A stretch of 64,000 nucleotides of DNA. It comes from an uncultured Lachnospiraceae bacterium (GTDB lineage Bacteria; Bacillota; Clostridia; Lachnospirales; Lachnospiraceae). The translations under genes and the position numbers were made by a program. Positions 1 to 9,426 of this stretch are shown piece after piece. The notes beneath the pieces were generated by a model. The model worked only from the letters and a program-made list of their open reading frames with translations, did no database searches and was not told where the DNA came from. Each line of letters starts with the position of its first letter. Position 1 is the stretch's first letter. The DNA lies in assembly GCA_900318875.1 (NCBI GenBank), contig ONMH01000001.1:4177-68176 (forward strand), given 5' to 3'.

Positions 1-1160
1 CCGTCTCCGAGCTTTGTTGTCAGGAGCCGCACGCCGTTCAGCTCGATGTCCTCCTGCACCGGGATGCAGATGAACTCCTGCCCGTCGATGCGCTTTGTGG
101 TAATGAGAGACGCCATCTCGCTCTTTACCTGGATCTTGATGGACGGGGACTTGATCTGGATCGAGGAGCCGGCCGCGATGTTCTCGGCGCTCAGGGTCTT
201 CCCCTCTCCGATGATCTCATCGTAGTGCTCCTCGAAGTGAGCCATCGCCTCCTGCGGGGCGCCGCTCTTTTCAAGGACTCTGCGAAGTTCTGTCTTTCCG
301 AGCTCGAGCGGGGCATCCCCGGCATCTTCGCCGCCTGCATCCGCATCCTGTTTGATCATCTCGTTTAAGTTCTCGTTGACGGCCTTGACGTTCTCAAAGT
401 CGCAGCTTCTGCCGAGCGTCTCCTCGACGACCTGGGTGAAGAGTTCCCGCTGGGCCTTCTCGCCCTCGGGGATCTCGACGCTGCTGCCGATGATGCCGTC
501 GATGAGCTCCTCGTGCCGCTCGTCCTCCTTCTTTGCGTAGTACAAAACCTCGTGGATGTCCGGGGTTCTGTCGTTGTAGGCGGGAAACAGAAAGCCAAGG
601 GAAGGGAGCTGCACGCCAAGGTCAGACCGCTTGTTGATGAAGGTCATGTTTTCTGCGTCGTAGCAGAGCCCCTCCTTCACCTCAACGACCGGGCAGATCG
701 CGCACAGGATAAAGCTGTAGACGTAGTCGCTTGCATCCTCCATCTCGGTGCCGTCGGAGGCCCTCCCCGGGATGTCATAGGTCCCGTGGGCGAGGAGGAT
801 CAGGTGTCTTCCCGCCTGGTTGTAGCTCTCCTGGATCTTCGTCAGGAACTCCTTTGCGATCTCCGGGCTGTCGAGGTTGGACTGGAGCACCCGGTACATC
901 TCCCACTGCTTCCCGCCGGTCTCCTCCTCATTTAAGGGGAAGGACATGTTGAAGAGGTTCCTGCCGAACTTCCCGGACAGGACCTTCTTGAAGATCTCGC
1001 AGTACTTCTCGAGCTCCTCATCCTGCAGGGCGTTGAAGGTCTCCTTTAAGTCTGCAATGACGCTCCCGTCCTCATCGACAAAGGCACCGGTGATCCGGTC
1101 GATCGCGCAGTGCTCCCTTGTCAGCTGTTTGCGCACTTCTGCTGCTGCTTTTTTATCCAT
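1..1160 (-). CDS. DUF4317 family protein (runs off the left edge of the window)
   Basis: Manual translation from ATG at 1160 (MDKKAAAEVRKQLTREHCAIDRITG...YDIPGRASDG...GFLFPAYNDRTPDIH...) stays open to the edge and resembles the clostridial DUF4317 family. It is missing from the ORF track because no stop lies in the window. Confidence 0.8.
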   Translation of the reverse strand, partial: MDKKAAAEVRKQLTREHCAIDRITGAFVDEDGSVIADLKETFNALQDEELEKYCEIFKKVLSGKFGRNLFNMSFPLNEEETGGKQWEMYRVLQSNLDSPEIAKEFLTKIQESYNQAGRHLILLAHGTYDIPGRASDGTEMEDASDYVYSFILCAICPVVEVKEGLCYDAENMTFINKRSDLGVQLPSLGFLFPAYNDRTPDIHEVLYYAKKEDERHEELIDGIIGSSVEIPEGEKAQRELFTQVVEETLGRSCDFENVKAVNENLNEMIKQDADAGGEDAGDAPLELGKTELRRVLEKSGAPQEAMAHFEEHYDEIIGEGKTLSAENIAAGSSIQIKSPSIKIQVKSEMASLITTKRIDGQEFICIPVQEDIELNGVRLLTTKLGD

Positions 1161-1207
1161 GGATTGAGCTGTTCTCCTTCCTTCAAAGTGCCTTTTCTTC
1201 TATATAC

Positions 1208-1246
1208 AAAAGGACACAGGGACCATCATACGATGGACCCTGTGCC
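1208..1246 (-). terminator. Probable intrinsic terminator of the cmk-like gene
   Basis: Stem CACAGGGACCATC/GATGGACCCTGTG with one mismatch and a 4-nt loop; the adjacent A-run is a U-tract on the minus strand. Confidence 0.6.
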
Positions 1247-1272
1247 CGTGCAAGTCCTGTTCTGTTTCAGAT

Positions 1273-1911
1273 TCAGTCAGCGTTTCTCCTCTTTTCAAAG
1301 TCGTCGACGAGCTGGATGACGAGATCCACAGTGCCCTCAACGCCAAGAAGGCTGGTGTTCAGGCAGGCGTCATAGGAGTTTGCGGCGCCCCACTTGCGGC
1401 TCGAGTAATAGTTATAGTAGCTCTGCCGCTGGCGGTCCTTCTTGTTCATGAAATCCCGCGCCTTCTGCTCGGTGGTGATGTCCGGATACCGGTGCATGAT
1501 CTCATGGATGCGGTAGTCCTCATCGGCATAGATGAACAGATCGATGACGTTCGGCAGATCCTGCAGGGCACTGTCTGCGCAGCGGCCGATGAAGACGGCC
1601 GGTCCCTCCTTTGCAAGCTGTTTGATCGTGTCAAACTGCGCGAGGAATACCTTCTGGCTGATGGGCATGTCAACGAAGTTGGATGCGTTGTAGCCAAAGG
1701 AATAGGTGTCCATGACCAGGTTGTAGAGGAAGGAGTTGGTCGGAGCCTCGTCGTGCTGCTGGATCATCTCCTTGCAGAACCCGGAATTGGATGCGGCCTT
1801 GGTGATCAGTTCCTTGTCATAGTACTTGATTCCGTAGTGCTCGGCGACCTTCTCTCCGATCTCGCGTCCGCCGGAGCCAAACTGTCTTCCAATTGTGATG
1901 ATAGTATTCAT
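1273..1911 (-). CDS. Cytidylate kinase-like family protein
   Basis: MNTIITIGRQFGSGGREIG P-loop, IGRCAD and R..YY..Y motifs; GGAGG RBS before ATG at 1911. Confidence 0.85.
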   Translation of the reverse strand: MNTIITIGRQFGSGGREIGEKVAEHYGIKYYDKELITKAASNSGFCKEMIQQHDEAPTNSFLYNLVMDTYSFGYNASNFVDMPISQKVFLAQFDTIKQLAKEGPAVFIGRCADSALQDLPNVIDLFIYADEDYRIHEIMHRYPDITTEQKARDFMNKKDRQRQSYYNYYSSRKWGAANSYDACLNTSLLGVEGTVDLVIQLVDDFEKRRNAD

Positions 1912-1963
1912 GCTGCCTCCTTCTTCTCCCTGGGCGGACCTGCCAGGGATGTTCTGTAGCTTT

Positions 1964-1992
1964 ATTATAAAAGATACCAGAAGGAAATGCAA
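1964..1992 (-). promoter_or_regulatory. Sigma-A-type promoter of the cmk-like gene
   Basis: TTGCAT-17 bp-TATAAT on the minus strand. Confidence 0.75.
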
Positions 1993-2137
1993 AACCTATT
2001 GTTCAGCATGCCGGAATTGTAACGGCGTTTCCTGCTGCAAACTGGGGATCCTGACGGATCCTGACCGCCAGGGACGCTTGCTTCCTCCGAAAAGAATGCG
2101 GCAGAGACAAAAACAGAGATGATTCCGTGTTTCGTCC

Positions 2138-3049
2138 TCAAGCCTCCGGCAGGGTGTCCAGAAGGTGCTGGAAGTAGGCAGGGATGGGGGCCTTTGTCTC
2201 GATGTATTCCCCGGTTGTCGGGTGGACAAAGCCCAGGATGTACGCGTGCAGGCACTGGCCCTGAAGGTGCCCCGGGTTGTTCTTTGCCCCGCCGTAGACG
2301 GTGTCCCCAAGGAGCGGGTGGCCAAGGTGCGCCAGATGCACCCGGATCTGGTGGGTCCTTCCGGTCTCGAGCCGGCATTCGATGTAGGTGGCATCCCGAA
2401 AGCGCGTTAAGACGTGCACGTGGGTGACAGCCCGCTTTCCGCCAGGCACCACTGCCATCTTCTTTCGGTCCTTCGGGTCCCTTGCAAGGGGCTCGTCGAT
2501 CGTGCAGTCGTCGTCTTTCAAGATCCCGCGGCAGATCGCAAGGTAGCGCCTTACAATCGTGTGGTCCTTCAGCTGCTGCGCAATCGAGCGGTGGGCCGCA
2601 TCGTTCTTGCAGACGATGACAGAGCCTGTTGTGTCCCGGTCGATCCGGTGCACGATGCCGGGGCGAAGGACCCCGTTGATCCCGGAGAGGGAGTCCCCGC
2701 AGTGGTACAGGACTGCATTGACCAGGGTCCCCGTGTAGTGCCCGGGGGCGGGGTGCACCACCATCCCTTTTGGCTTGTTGACGACAAGGACGTCGCTGTC
2801 CTCGTAGAGGATGTCGAGGGGGATGTCCTCCGGCAGGATGTCCGGCACGATCTTTTCCGGGATCGAGAAGAAGACATGGTCCCCCTCTTTGACCTTGGCG
2901 GAGGGCCTTACCCGGACGCCGTTTAAGAGCACCTCCCCGTCCTTTAAGAGGCTTGTGAGGTAGCTCCTCGAGTAGCCGTCAATCACCTGGGGCAGCACCT
3001 TGTCGAGGCGCTCTCCCTCGTATTCGGCCTCCACGACGAACTCGTTCAT
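2138..3049 (-). CDS. rluD: RluA/RluD family 23S rRNA pseudouridine synthase
   Basis: N-terminal S4 domain (RLDK), GIVHRIDRDTTG catalytic motif, GRTHQIR. Confidence 0.92.
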   Translation of the reverse strand: MNEFVVEAEYEGERLDKVLPQVIDGYSRSYLTSLLKDGEVLLNGVRVRPSAKVKEGDHVFFSIPEKIVPDILPEDIPLDILYEDSDVLVVNKPKGMVVHPAPGHYTGTLVNAVLYHCGDSLSGINGVLRPGIVHRIDRDTTGSVIVCKNDAAHRSIAQQLKDHTIVRRYLAICRGILKDDDCTIDEPLARDPKDRKKMAVVPGGKRAVTHVHVLTRFRDATYIECRLETGRTHQIRVHLAHLGHPLLGDTVYGGAKNNPGHLQGQCLHAYILGFVHPTTGEYIETKAPIPAYFQHLLDTLPEA

Positions 3050-3576
3050 GATCCCTCTCCTGTCCGGTGGCCCTTCAGGAAGGCAAAGTCCTCATCCCGG
3101 TACAGGAACAGCACCGAGAGGATCAGGAAGAAGGTCGCCACGGTGACGTAGATGTCCGCCACGTTGAACACCGGGAAGTTGATGATCACAAAGTAGATAA
3201 AGTCCCGCACGTAGTGGAGCATCAGCCGGTCAATCAGGTTCCCGACAGCCCCTGCCGCGATAAAGACAAGGCAGAGATGGAGCGGCACGAAGTGGCGCTT
3301 CTGCGGGATCCTGGTGAGAAGGACAGCGATGAGAACCGCGGCTGCGATTGCAATAAGGGCAAAGAGCCACTGGGCGTTCTCCAGCATGGAGAAGGCGGCG
3401 CCGGTGTTCTCCAGGTAGTAGAGTTCCAATACCCCCGGGATGAGGACGGCCGGGTCCTTTCCCTTCAGTGCGGTGACCGCGGCCTGCTTCGTCAGCTGGT
3501 CGATGACAATGAGGACGACAAAGAGGGCGGCCTCCAGGAGGAGAACCGTCCCGCGGGATGCGGTTTTCTTTTTCAC
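3046..3576 (-). CDS. lspA: Lipoprotein signal peptidase II
   Basis: DQLTK, NTGAAF, GNLIDR, VRDFI and FNVAD motifs. Confidence 0.95.
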   Translation of the reverse strand: MKKKTASRGTVLLLEAALFVVLIVIDQLTKQAAVTALKGKDPAVLIPGVLELYYLENTGAAFSMLENAQWLFALIAIAAAVLIAVLLTRIPQKRHFVPLHLCLVFIAAGAVGNLIDRLMLHYVRDFIYFVIINFPVFNVADIYVTVATFFLILSVLFLYRDEDFAFLKGHRTGEGS

Positions 3577-4673
3577 GCTTCCTCCTCCGTCCAGGTGATC
3601 TCGTCGATGGCGGAAAGGATCTCCTCATCGGTCACCGTGCGGTCCACAAAGGCATCGCCGACGCGCCGAAGGAGCACGAAGTTTCTCTTTCCGTCCCGGA
3701 CCTTCTTATCGCTCCTGGTGAGGGCAAGCACTGCCTCCCGGTCGATGTCCGTGACGGAGATCGGAAGACCAAAGGGCACAAACATGTCCCGGATCTCGTA
3801 GTACTCCTCCTTGGAGATCAGCTCCCGCTTCCAGGAGATAAAGGACGCGGCAACGCAGCCAAGGGCCACGCACTCGCCGTGGGTCAGGGTGAAGTTCTTG
3901 TACTTTTCCACCGCATGGCCGATCGTGTGGCCGAAGTTGAGGAGCATCCGCTCCCCCTTCTCCGTCGGGTCCTTCTCGACGACATCCTTCTTGATCTCAT
4001 TCGACCTTCGAAGCATCTTTGTCAGGGTGTCCGTGTCCCGGTCCCGGATCTCGTACATGTGGTCAATGAGCCAGACGTAGTAGTCCTCGTCTTTGATGAG
4101 GCCGTGCTTCATGACCTCGGCAAAGCCGGAGGCAAACTGCCTGCCGTCGAGCGTCTGAAAGAAGGCGGGCGTCTCGTAGACAAGGCGGGGCATGCAGAAG
4201 GCGCCGACCATGTTTTTGTAGCCCTCAAAGTCCACGCCGGTCTTGCCGCCGATGGAGGAGTCCGCCTGGGCAAGGAGGGTTGTGGGGATCTGGATAAAGT
4301 CGATGCCGCGAAGATAGGTGGCTGCGGCAAAGCCGGTCATGTCGCCGACAACGCCCCCGCCAAGCGCTGCCAGGACAGCAGTCCTGTCGAAGTGGTTCTC
4401 AATGAGAAACCGGTAGATCTCCTGGATCTGGGAGAGGTTCTTGTTCTCCTCCCCCGCAGGGATCGCGTAGATGAGGGGTTTTGTGGGAAAGAGGGCTGCA
4501 ACCTGCTGTGCATAGCGCGGGGCGACGTTGGTGTCGGTGATGATGGCAAAGCGCCTCTCCCCAAGACCATGGGAGACAAGAGCCTTTCTCAGCCCGGTAA
4601 GGTCCGGGGCGTATACGATGTCATAGCAGGGCACTCCGTCCCGGCACACGGTCAGCGTGGTTTCTTCGTTCAT
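3573..4673 (-). CDS. aroB: 3-dehydroquinate synthase
   Basis: GGGVVGD, PTTLLAQADSSIGGKTG and LNFGHTIGHA motifs. Confidence 0.95.
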   Translation of the reverse strand: MNEETTLTVCRDGVPCYDIVYAPDLTGLRKALVSHGLGERRFAIITDTNVAPRYAQQVAALFPTKPLIYAIPAGEENKNLSQIQEIYRFLIENHFDRTAVLAALGGGVVGDMTGFAAATYLRGIDFIQIPTTLLAQADSSIGGKTGVDFEGYKNMVGAFCMPRLVYETPAFFQTLDGRQFASGFAEVMKHGLIKDEDYYVWLIDHMYEIRDRDTDTLTKMLRRSNEIKKDVVEKDPTEKGERMLLNFGHTIGHAVEKYKNFTLTHGECVALGCVAASFISWKRELISKEEYYEIRDMFVPFGLPISVTDIDREAVLALTRSDKKVRDGKRNFVLLRRVGDAFVDRTVTDEEILSAIDEITWTEEEA

Positions 4674-4762
4674 TGTTGTCTGTTACCTCACAGTTGTCCA
4701 GATACAAAGATACGCACCAACTCGCATTGGTGCGCATCCATGAGATCCGTATTGTTTTCGCT

Positions 4763-5458
4763 TTAGTTTACGGAGTAGCGGGGAGCCGCATTTCCGTACC
4801 CCACAGCTGCACCGTAGGTGCCCTGGGCGGGATTCTGGTTTGCCATGCTGGCAGCGGCACCGGTCATGGCGCCCATTGCCATCGCGGAGGCGGCATCCTG
4901 GCTGCCATCGCCCGTGATATCGCCTGCGATGTCCACATCTTCCGGCGTGATCACGATGATGAAGTGAGAGATCTTCATGAAGTTGCCGCGAAGGGCATAG
5001 CAGGAACCGGATGCGAAGTCCACGATCCGCTGTGCCGTGTTGACATCAAGTCCCTCGAGGTTTAAGAGCACGGTCCTGTGGGACAGGAGCGTGTCCGTGA
5101 TCTGTCTTGCCTGATCGAAGGAGCTGGGCTTGATCACCCGAACCTGCATGTTTCCGGCTGCAGGCTGCTGTCTTCTCCTTGACTGCTGCGGTATGGTGGC
5201 AGGGGCAGAGGCAGCTGCCGGCTGCGGTCTCTGGGGATTGCCGCCAAAGGCGCTGCGGCTCCCTGCTGCAGGTCGGTCCTCCTCGTACTCCTCGTCGTCC
5301 TCGCGCGACGCTCTTCTTCCGGGGAAGGTCAGCGTCTTGCGGGATCTTGCAGGCTGCTCGTACTCTTCGTCGTCATAGGTCTCATCGTCTTCGATGTCGT
5401 CATCATCCGGCTCGTTGTTGAATCTCATACCTCTGATTAAACCGTCAATAAAACTCAT
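4763..5458 (-). CDS. sepF: Cell division protein SepF
   Basis: Acidic disordered N-terminus, then P.SF....I...L....V.LNL....AQRIVDF.SG; lies directly after yggS. Confidence 0.92.
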   Translation of the reverse strand: MSFIDGLIRGMRFNNEPDDDDIEDDETYDDEEYEQPARSRKTLTFPGRRASREDDEEYEEDRPAAGSRSAFGGNPQRPQPAAASAPATIPQQSRRRQQPAAGNMQVRVIKPSSFDQARQITDTLLSHRTVLLNLEGLDVNTAQRIVDFASGSCYALRGNFMKISHFIIVITPEDVDIAGDITGDGSQDAASAMAMGAMTGAAASMANQNPAQGTYGAAVGYGNAAPRYSVN

Positions 5459-5497
5459 TTCTACCTTCCCTGGCCGGTCACGGCCGCGTATCTGTTA

Positions 5498-6187
5498 TCA
5501 GGTGTAATCCCGCGCGCCAAAGATCGCAGTGCCGATGCGGACAATTGTTGCCCCCTCTTCCACTGCGACTTCAAAATCGCCGGTCATACCCATAGAAAGC
5601 TCACACATGGCAACATTATCTATATTTTTATTCCTGATGTCAATGCAAAGTTCCCTCATCAAACGGAAATATTGTCGATTGGATTCGGGGTTTTCCGTGT
5701 AGGGTGCGCTGGTCATAAGGCCCCTCACCTGGATGTTCGGGAGGGGAGCGATGGTCCTGACAAACTCCTCGGCATCCTCCGGGTAGACGCCCCACTTGGA
5801 TTCCTCCTTCGCAGCGTTCACCTCAACGAGAATCGGCACCGTGATGCCGAGCTTCCCCGCCTGCTTGCTGATCTCCTTTGCCAGGTGCTCCGAGTCCACG
5901 CTGTGGATGAGGACCGCCTTGTCGATGACCTGCTTGACCTTATTCGTCTGCAGGTGGCCGATCATGTGCCAGCGCACGTCCTCCGGAAGGAGGGGCTTTT
6001 TCTTCTCGATCTCCTGGACCTTGTTCTCCCCGAAGTTCCGCTCTCCGCAGTCGTATGCCTCCTGGCAGAGCTCCACGGGGTGGGTCTTTGTCACGCACAC
6101 AAGCAGCACATCGCTGCGCTTCCTGCCTGCCCTGTCACAGGCTGCCTGGATCCGCGCTTCCACGGACTTCAAATTTTCTGAAACCAT
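5498..6187 (-). CDS. yggS: YggS family PLP homeostasis protein
   Basis: VCVTKT (PLP lysine), FGENKVQE, HMIGHLQTNK, LSMGMTGD, VRIGTAIFG; start set at MVSENL. Confidence 0.95.
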   Translation of the reverse strand: MVSENLKSVEARIQAACDRAGRKRSDVLLVCVTKTHPVELCQEAYDCGERNFGENKVQEIEKKKPLLPEDVRWHMIGHLQTNKVKQVIDKAVLIHSVDSEHLAKEISKQAGKLGITVPILVEVNAAKEESKWGVYPEDAEEFVRTIAPLPNIQVRGLMTSAPYTENPESNRQYFRLMRELCIDIRNKNIDNVAMCELSMGMTGDFEVAVEEGATIVRIGTAIFGARDYT

Positions 6188-6218
6188 TTTTCCTGCCTCC
6201 TGTTGATGCTGCGTTTGT

Positions 6219-7538
6219 TTACTGATAGACGAATTCATCCGGACTCATGGTCGAGGCGTCGAGCACGATGAAGTCGTACTCGCGCAGGCCGTAGGTGTCG
6301 TCCGGCTCCACAATCGCGTACTCATCGTTCTGGTCGATGACGGTGACCTGGCGGAAGTCCGCATAGCCCTTGTTGATGTTGTAGACACCGGTGAGCTTTG
6401 CCGTATCGTGGACTGTAAACGTGGACTGGGAGTCCTGCTTGACGAGGATGTCCCCCACGGTCTCGGTCGTTGTGTCTCCGGACTCGGTGACAGTCTGGCG
6501 AAGGACCATATCCTGGCCGCCCGTCCCTGCGGTCACGTACTCCTGCGGCACCACGAAGAACTCACCGTCCACCAGGGATGTGAGCGGGATCTTGAGGCCC
6601 TTTGTGTTGTCGGTCAGAAGCTCGATGTCAAGGAACCGGTCCGTGCAGAAGGTGCACATCGAATTCGTAAAGGCGAGATTTGCGTAGTAGTTGCCGGAAT
6701 CGTCCTGCCTTGTCGTGATGGTCGCCCAGCAGGTCAGCTGGTTCTTCAGAAACTTGACCTGCACGACGGCAAGGTCCTCGAGCTCCTTTGCCTCGTCGGC
6801 ACCGGAGAGGAGGATGGCAAGCGACCAGTCCTCTGCAGTCTCGAGCCGGTAGATCGGATCGCCGACGGATACCAGCGCGTTGTTCTCAACCGAGGTCTTC
6901 TTGTAATTCGTGGTGTCGAAGTCGCTCTTTGCCAGCGTGTCAAAGGTCTTGCCCTCGTACCCGTCCGTCGAGTAGACGATGTAGCCCGTCGTGTCCGTGT
7001 TGCAGTAGTGGATCGATGCGGAGTCCGCGATGTTCTTAATGTCGCCTAAGATGGCGCTGTTTGTGATCTTCTGGATCGTGCTGTTTAAGGAGTCCTTGAA
7101 CGAGTAGACAGAGGAGAAGCTCCCCGGGGTGTAGGCGGAGGCAAACTCCGTGATGTCCGCCTGGAGGTCGGAGTAATCATTCGAGGTAAAGCCGGAGGCC
7201 GTGCCGGACTGCAGGGCCTCTGCCACCTCTCCGGAGGTGTCAATGGTACAGGCGAGCTTGTCTGCGCCGATCCGCTCTCCCTCCTTCGTGTAGTAGTTCA
7301 CGTACCCCGCGTACTCTGCCTTGGCGATCTCCTCACTCCGGAGCGCTACCGCTGAGTAGATGCGGTTTGACTGGAGGGAGCCGATCCGGACCTCATATCC
7401 CACGACCTGCTTGCTCGTTGCGTAGCGGAACAGGCTGTAGAGCACGTAAAAGAGGATGATGAGAAAGATCACAAGTCCGAGGTTTAAGTGGAACCCGCCG
7501 CCGGATTTCTTTTTGGTTTTGTTCCTGCTGCTTGCCAA
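6219..7538 (-). CDS. Conserved clostridial HlyD-like single-pass membrane protein (apparent in-frame deletion near 6460)
   Basis: N-terminal TM helix, a hairpin/barrel-like middle, GLKIP and GVYNINKGYA.F motifs; the position upstream of yggS-sepF is typical. Confidence 0.7.
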   Translation of the reverse strand: MASSRNKTKKKSGGGFHLNLGLVIFLIILFYVLYSLFRYATSKQVVGYEVRIGSLQSNRIYSAVALRSEEIAKAEYAGYVNYYTKEGERIGADKLACTIDTSGEVAEALQSGTASGFTSNDYSDLQADITEFASAYTPGSFSSVYSFKDSLNSTIQKITNSAILGDIKNIADSASIHYCNTDTTGYIVYSTDGYEGKTFDTLAKSDFDTTNYKKTSVENNALVSVGDPIYRLETAEDWSLAILLSGADEAKELEDLAVVQVKFLKNQLTCWATITTRQDDSGNYYANLAFTNSMCTFCTDRFLDIELLTDNTKGLKIPLTSLVDGEFFVVPQEYVTAGTGGQDMVLRQTVTESGDTTTETVGDILVKQDSQSTFTVHDTAKLTGVYNINKGYADFRQVTVIDQNDEYAIVEPDDTYGLREYDFIVLDASTMSPDEFVYQ

Positions 7539-7582
7539 ATGTCTGCCCCTTGCCCTGTATATCGATTCTGATTCAACACTTC

Positions 7583-7611
7583 ATCATACAATGTCGTCCG
7601 GGATTTGTGAA
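7583..7611 (-). promoter_or_regulatory. Sigma-A-type promoter of the hlyD-like-yggS-sepF operon
   Basis: TTCACA-17 bp-TATGAT on the minus strand. Confidence 0.6.
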
Positions 7612-7679
7612 GAAAAATCGTCTTCCTTTGAAACATGGTAAGGGACTTTCCTCCCTCTCCCATCCTCCGCAATGGCAGC

Positions 7680-7708
7680 AAAAAACCCGGCCCATCATGG
7701 GACCGGGT
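7680..7708 (-). terminator. Intrinsic terminator after the small P-loop gene
   Basis: Stem ACCCGGCCCAT/ATGGGACCGGGT followed by T6 on the minus strand. Confidence 0.75.
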
Positions 7709-7799
7709 CTTGATTTTTCTGGGAATCTGCGTACTCCGGATCGGCTTACCTTCCCCCATAACCGGTATCGATGATTACCGTTTTACGGGAAATTTTCGA

Positions 7800-8219
7800 T
7801 CAGAGGGATACGGCGATCATGGACTTTGCAGCCTCGGGGAGGTCTGCCTCATCCATGGAGACGGAGAGGACGAAGTCGACGTTGAAGGTCTCACTCAGTG
7901 CCTGGAGCTTTTTCAGCGTGGGGGTGATGTCCTGATCGCGCAGGTGTGCGATGTCGAGGAAGCTGTCGAAGTACATCTGCTGCAGATCATGGTCCTGAGA
8001 GATGATGCCTGCGACAAAGCCGGTGAACTGATCGCTGTTCTCGATGCTGTAGTCCTTGACGTTGATCAGTCTGACCTTGTTGTTCAGCTCATACATGTGC
8101 TGGGTGGATTTATCCAGATAGACAATGTTGCCGAGGATGTTTTTGACTTCAGTGTTGACCTTGTCGAGTAAAATCTTTGTCTTGCCTTTGCCCTTATTGC
8201 CTACAATCAGTTGAACCAT
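7800..8219 (-). CDS. Small conserved clostridial P-loop protein (often auto-annotated as 'twitching motility protein PilT'); function unknown
   Basis: MVQLIVGNKGKGKT Walker-A-like motif; 139 aa; has its own promoter and terminator. Confidence 0.8.
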   Translation of the reverse strand: MVQLIVGNKGKGKTKILLDKVNTEVKNILGNIVYLDKSTQHMYELNNKVRLINVKDYSIENSDQFTGFVAGIISQDHDLQQMYFDSFLDIAHLRDQDITPTLKKLQALSETFNVDFVLSVSMDEADLPEAAKSMIAVSL

Positions 8220-8291
8220 GGGATGTGCCCTCCATCTTTCCTTTATTACCGGCAGGGATCTGAGGAGCTTCCCTGCGGTTTGTATGGGATC

Positions 8292-8320
8292 ATTATAGCC
8301 GCTCCGGGAGTAAAAGACAA
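8292..8320 (-). promoter_or_regulatory. Sigma-A-type promoter of the small P-loop gene
   Basis: TTGTCT-17 bp-TATAAT on the minus strand. Confidence 0.7.
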
Positions 8321-8379
8321 CAATCAGTTGCCTGCCCGGAAGGGCACGCCTTGGAACATCTGCTGAAAACGCCGTGCAG

Positions 8380-9426
8380 TCAGGTCGAGGGAACGAGCGC
8401 AAGGAGCTCGTTCATCTGCTTGTAGAGGGCGTCCTCGTCGTAGGACTTCATGATGACGGCGACGTAGGGCCTTCCCGAGGTATCCCGCACCATGATGATC
8501 AGGCAGTGTCCTGCGGCATTTGTGGTGCCGGTCTTTCCGCCGATCACGGTCACCCCGGAGGGCGCCGTCTGCACCTGCTGCAGGTACATGTTGGTGGAGT
8601 TGACGGTGATGTCCTTCTCCGCCCCGTTCTGGTCGTGGTAGACCGTGGAGTAGTTGGCCATGTTGATGATCTCCGTGAAGGTGTCGTACTTTAAGGCCTC
8701 ATTGAAGATCAGATACATGTCGTAGGCGGTGGTGTAGTGGTTGTCGTTGGAGAGACCGTTGGTGTTCACGAAATTCGTGCCGGTGGCCCCGAGGCGCTTT
8801 GCCTCGGCGTTCATCATCTGGACGAAGTTCTCCACGCTCCCGCCCACGTTCTCCGCAATCATGACCGCGGCGTCGTTTGCGGAGTAGATGAGCAGAAGGT
8901 GCAGGGCCTGGTCCAGCGTCATGGTATCGCCCGCCTTGATGCCGGCGACCTGCGCATCCGCATCGGTCTGGAGTACGTTTTCGGAGGCGGTCAGCATTGT
9001 GTCGGCGGAGGAGTTCTCCAGGGCGACGAGGGCTGTCATGATCTTGGTCAGGGAGGCGGGATAGACCCGGTTGAAGAGGTTGGCGCCATAGAGGGTATTG
9101 GCGTTGTTGACATCAAAGAGTCCGGCGCTGACGTACTCGGGAAGGTCTGCGATCTCCTCCCTGTTCACATCCCCGTCCGAATCCGCGACGGCAAGTTTCC
9201 CCGCAAAGGGGGATGCCACGGCGCCGCTCCCCGACTCTCCGGTCAGAATCGAGAAGTTTGAGTACTTCTGCGTGGAGGCAAAGGCCATTCCCACGGAGGA
9301 GGAGCAGCCGGTGAGAAGGAGCGCGCCGCAGAGCGCGGCACACAGAAGAACGCTCCTGAAGGATTTCAGGAGCGTTCCCGGGAAACGGGCAGGACTTTTG
9401 GTTCCACCATTACTTGTACATTTCAC
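8380..9426 (-). CDS. D-alanyl-D-alanine carboxypeptidase (peptidase S11), probable lipoprotein
   Basis: PASLTK (SxxK), SAND (SxN) and KTG motifs; LLTGC lipobox; probable GTG start at 9426 overlapping the end of mgsA. Confidence 0.9.
   Translation of the reverse strand: MKCTSNGGTKSPARFPGTLLKSFRSVLLCAALCGALLLTGCSSSVGMAFASTQKYSNFSILTGESGSGAVASPFAGKLAVADSDGDVNREEIADLPEYVSAGLFDVNNANTLYGANLFNRVYPASLTKIMTALVALENSSADTMLTASENVLQTDADAQVAGIKAGDTMTLDQALHLLLIYSANDAAVMIAENVGGSVENFVQMMNAEAKRLGATGTNFVNTNGLSNDNHYTTAYDMYLIFNEALKYDTFTEIINMANYSTVYHDQNGAEKDITVNSTNMYLQQVQTAPSGVTVIGGKTGTTNAAGHCLIIMVRDTSGRPYVAVIMKSYDEDALYKQMNELLALVPST

Noticed and set aside
6172-6186. CodY-like sequence AATTTTCTGAAACCA
   Set aside because: It lies inside the first codons of yggS in mid-operon and is explained by the coding sequence.
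7800-8219. Type IV pilus retraction ATPase PilT
   Set aside because: Only 139 aa, with no PilT Asp/His boxes and no pilus genes nearby.
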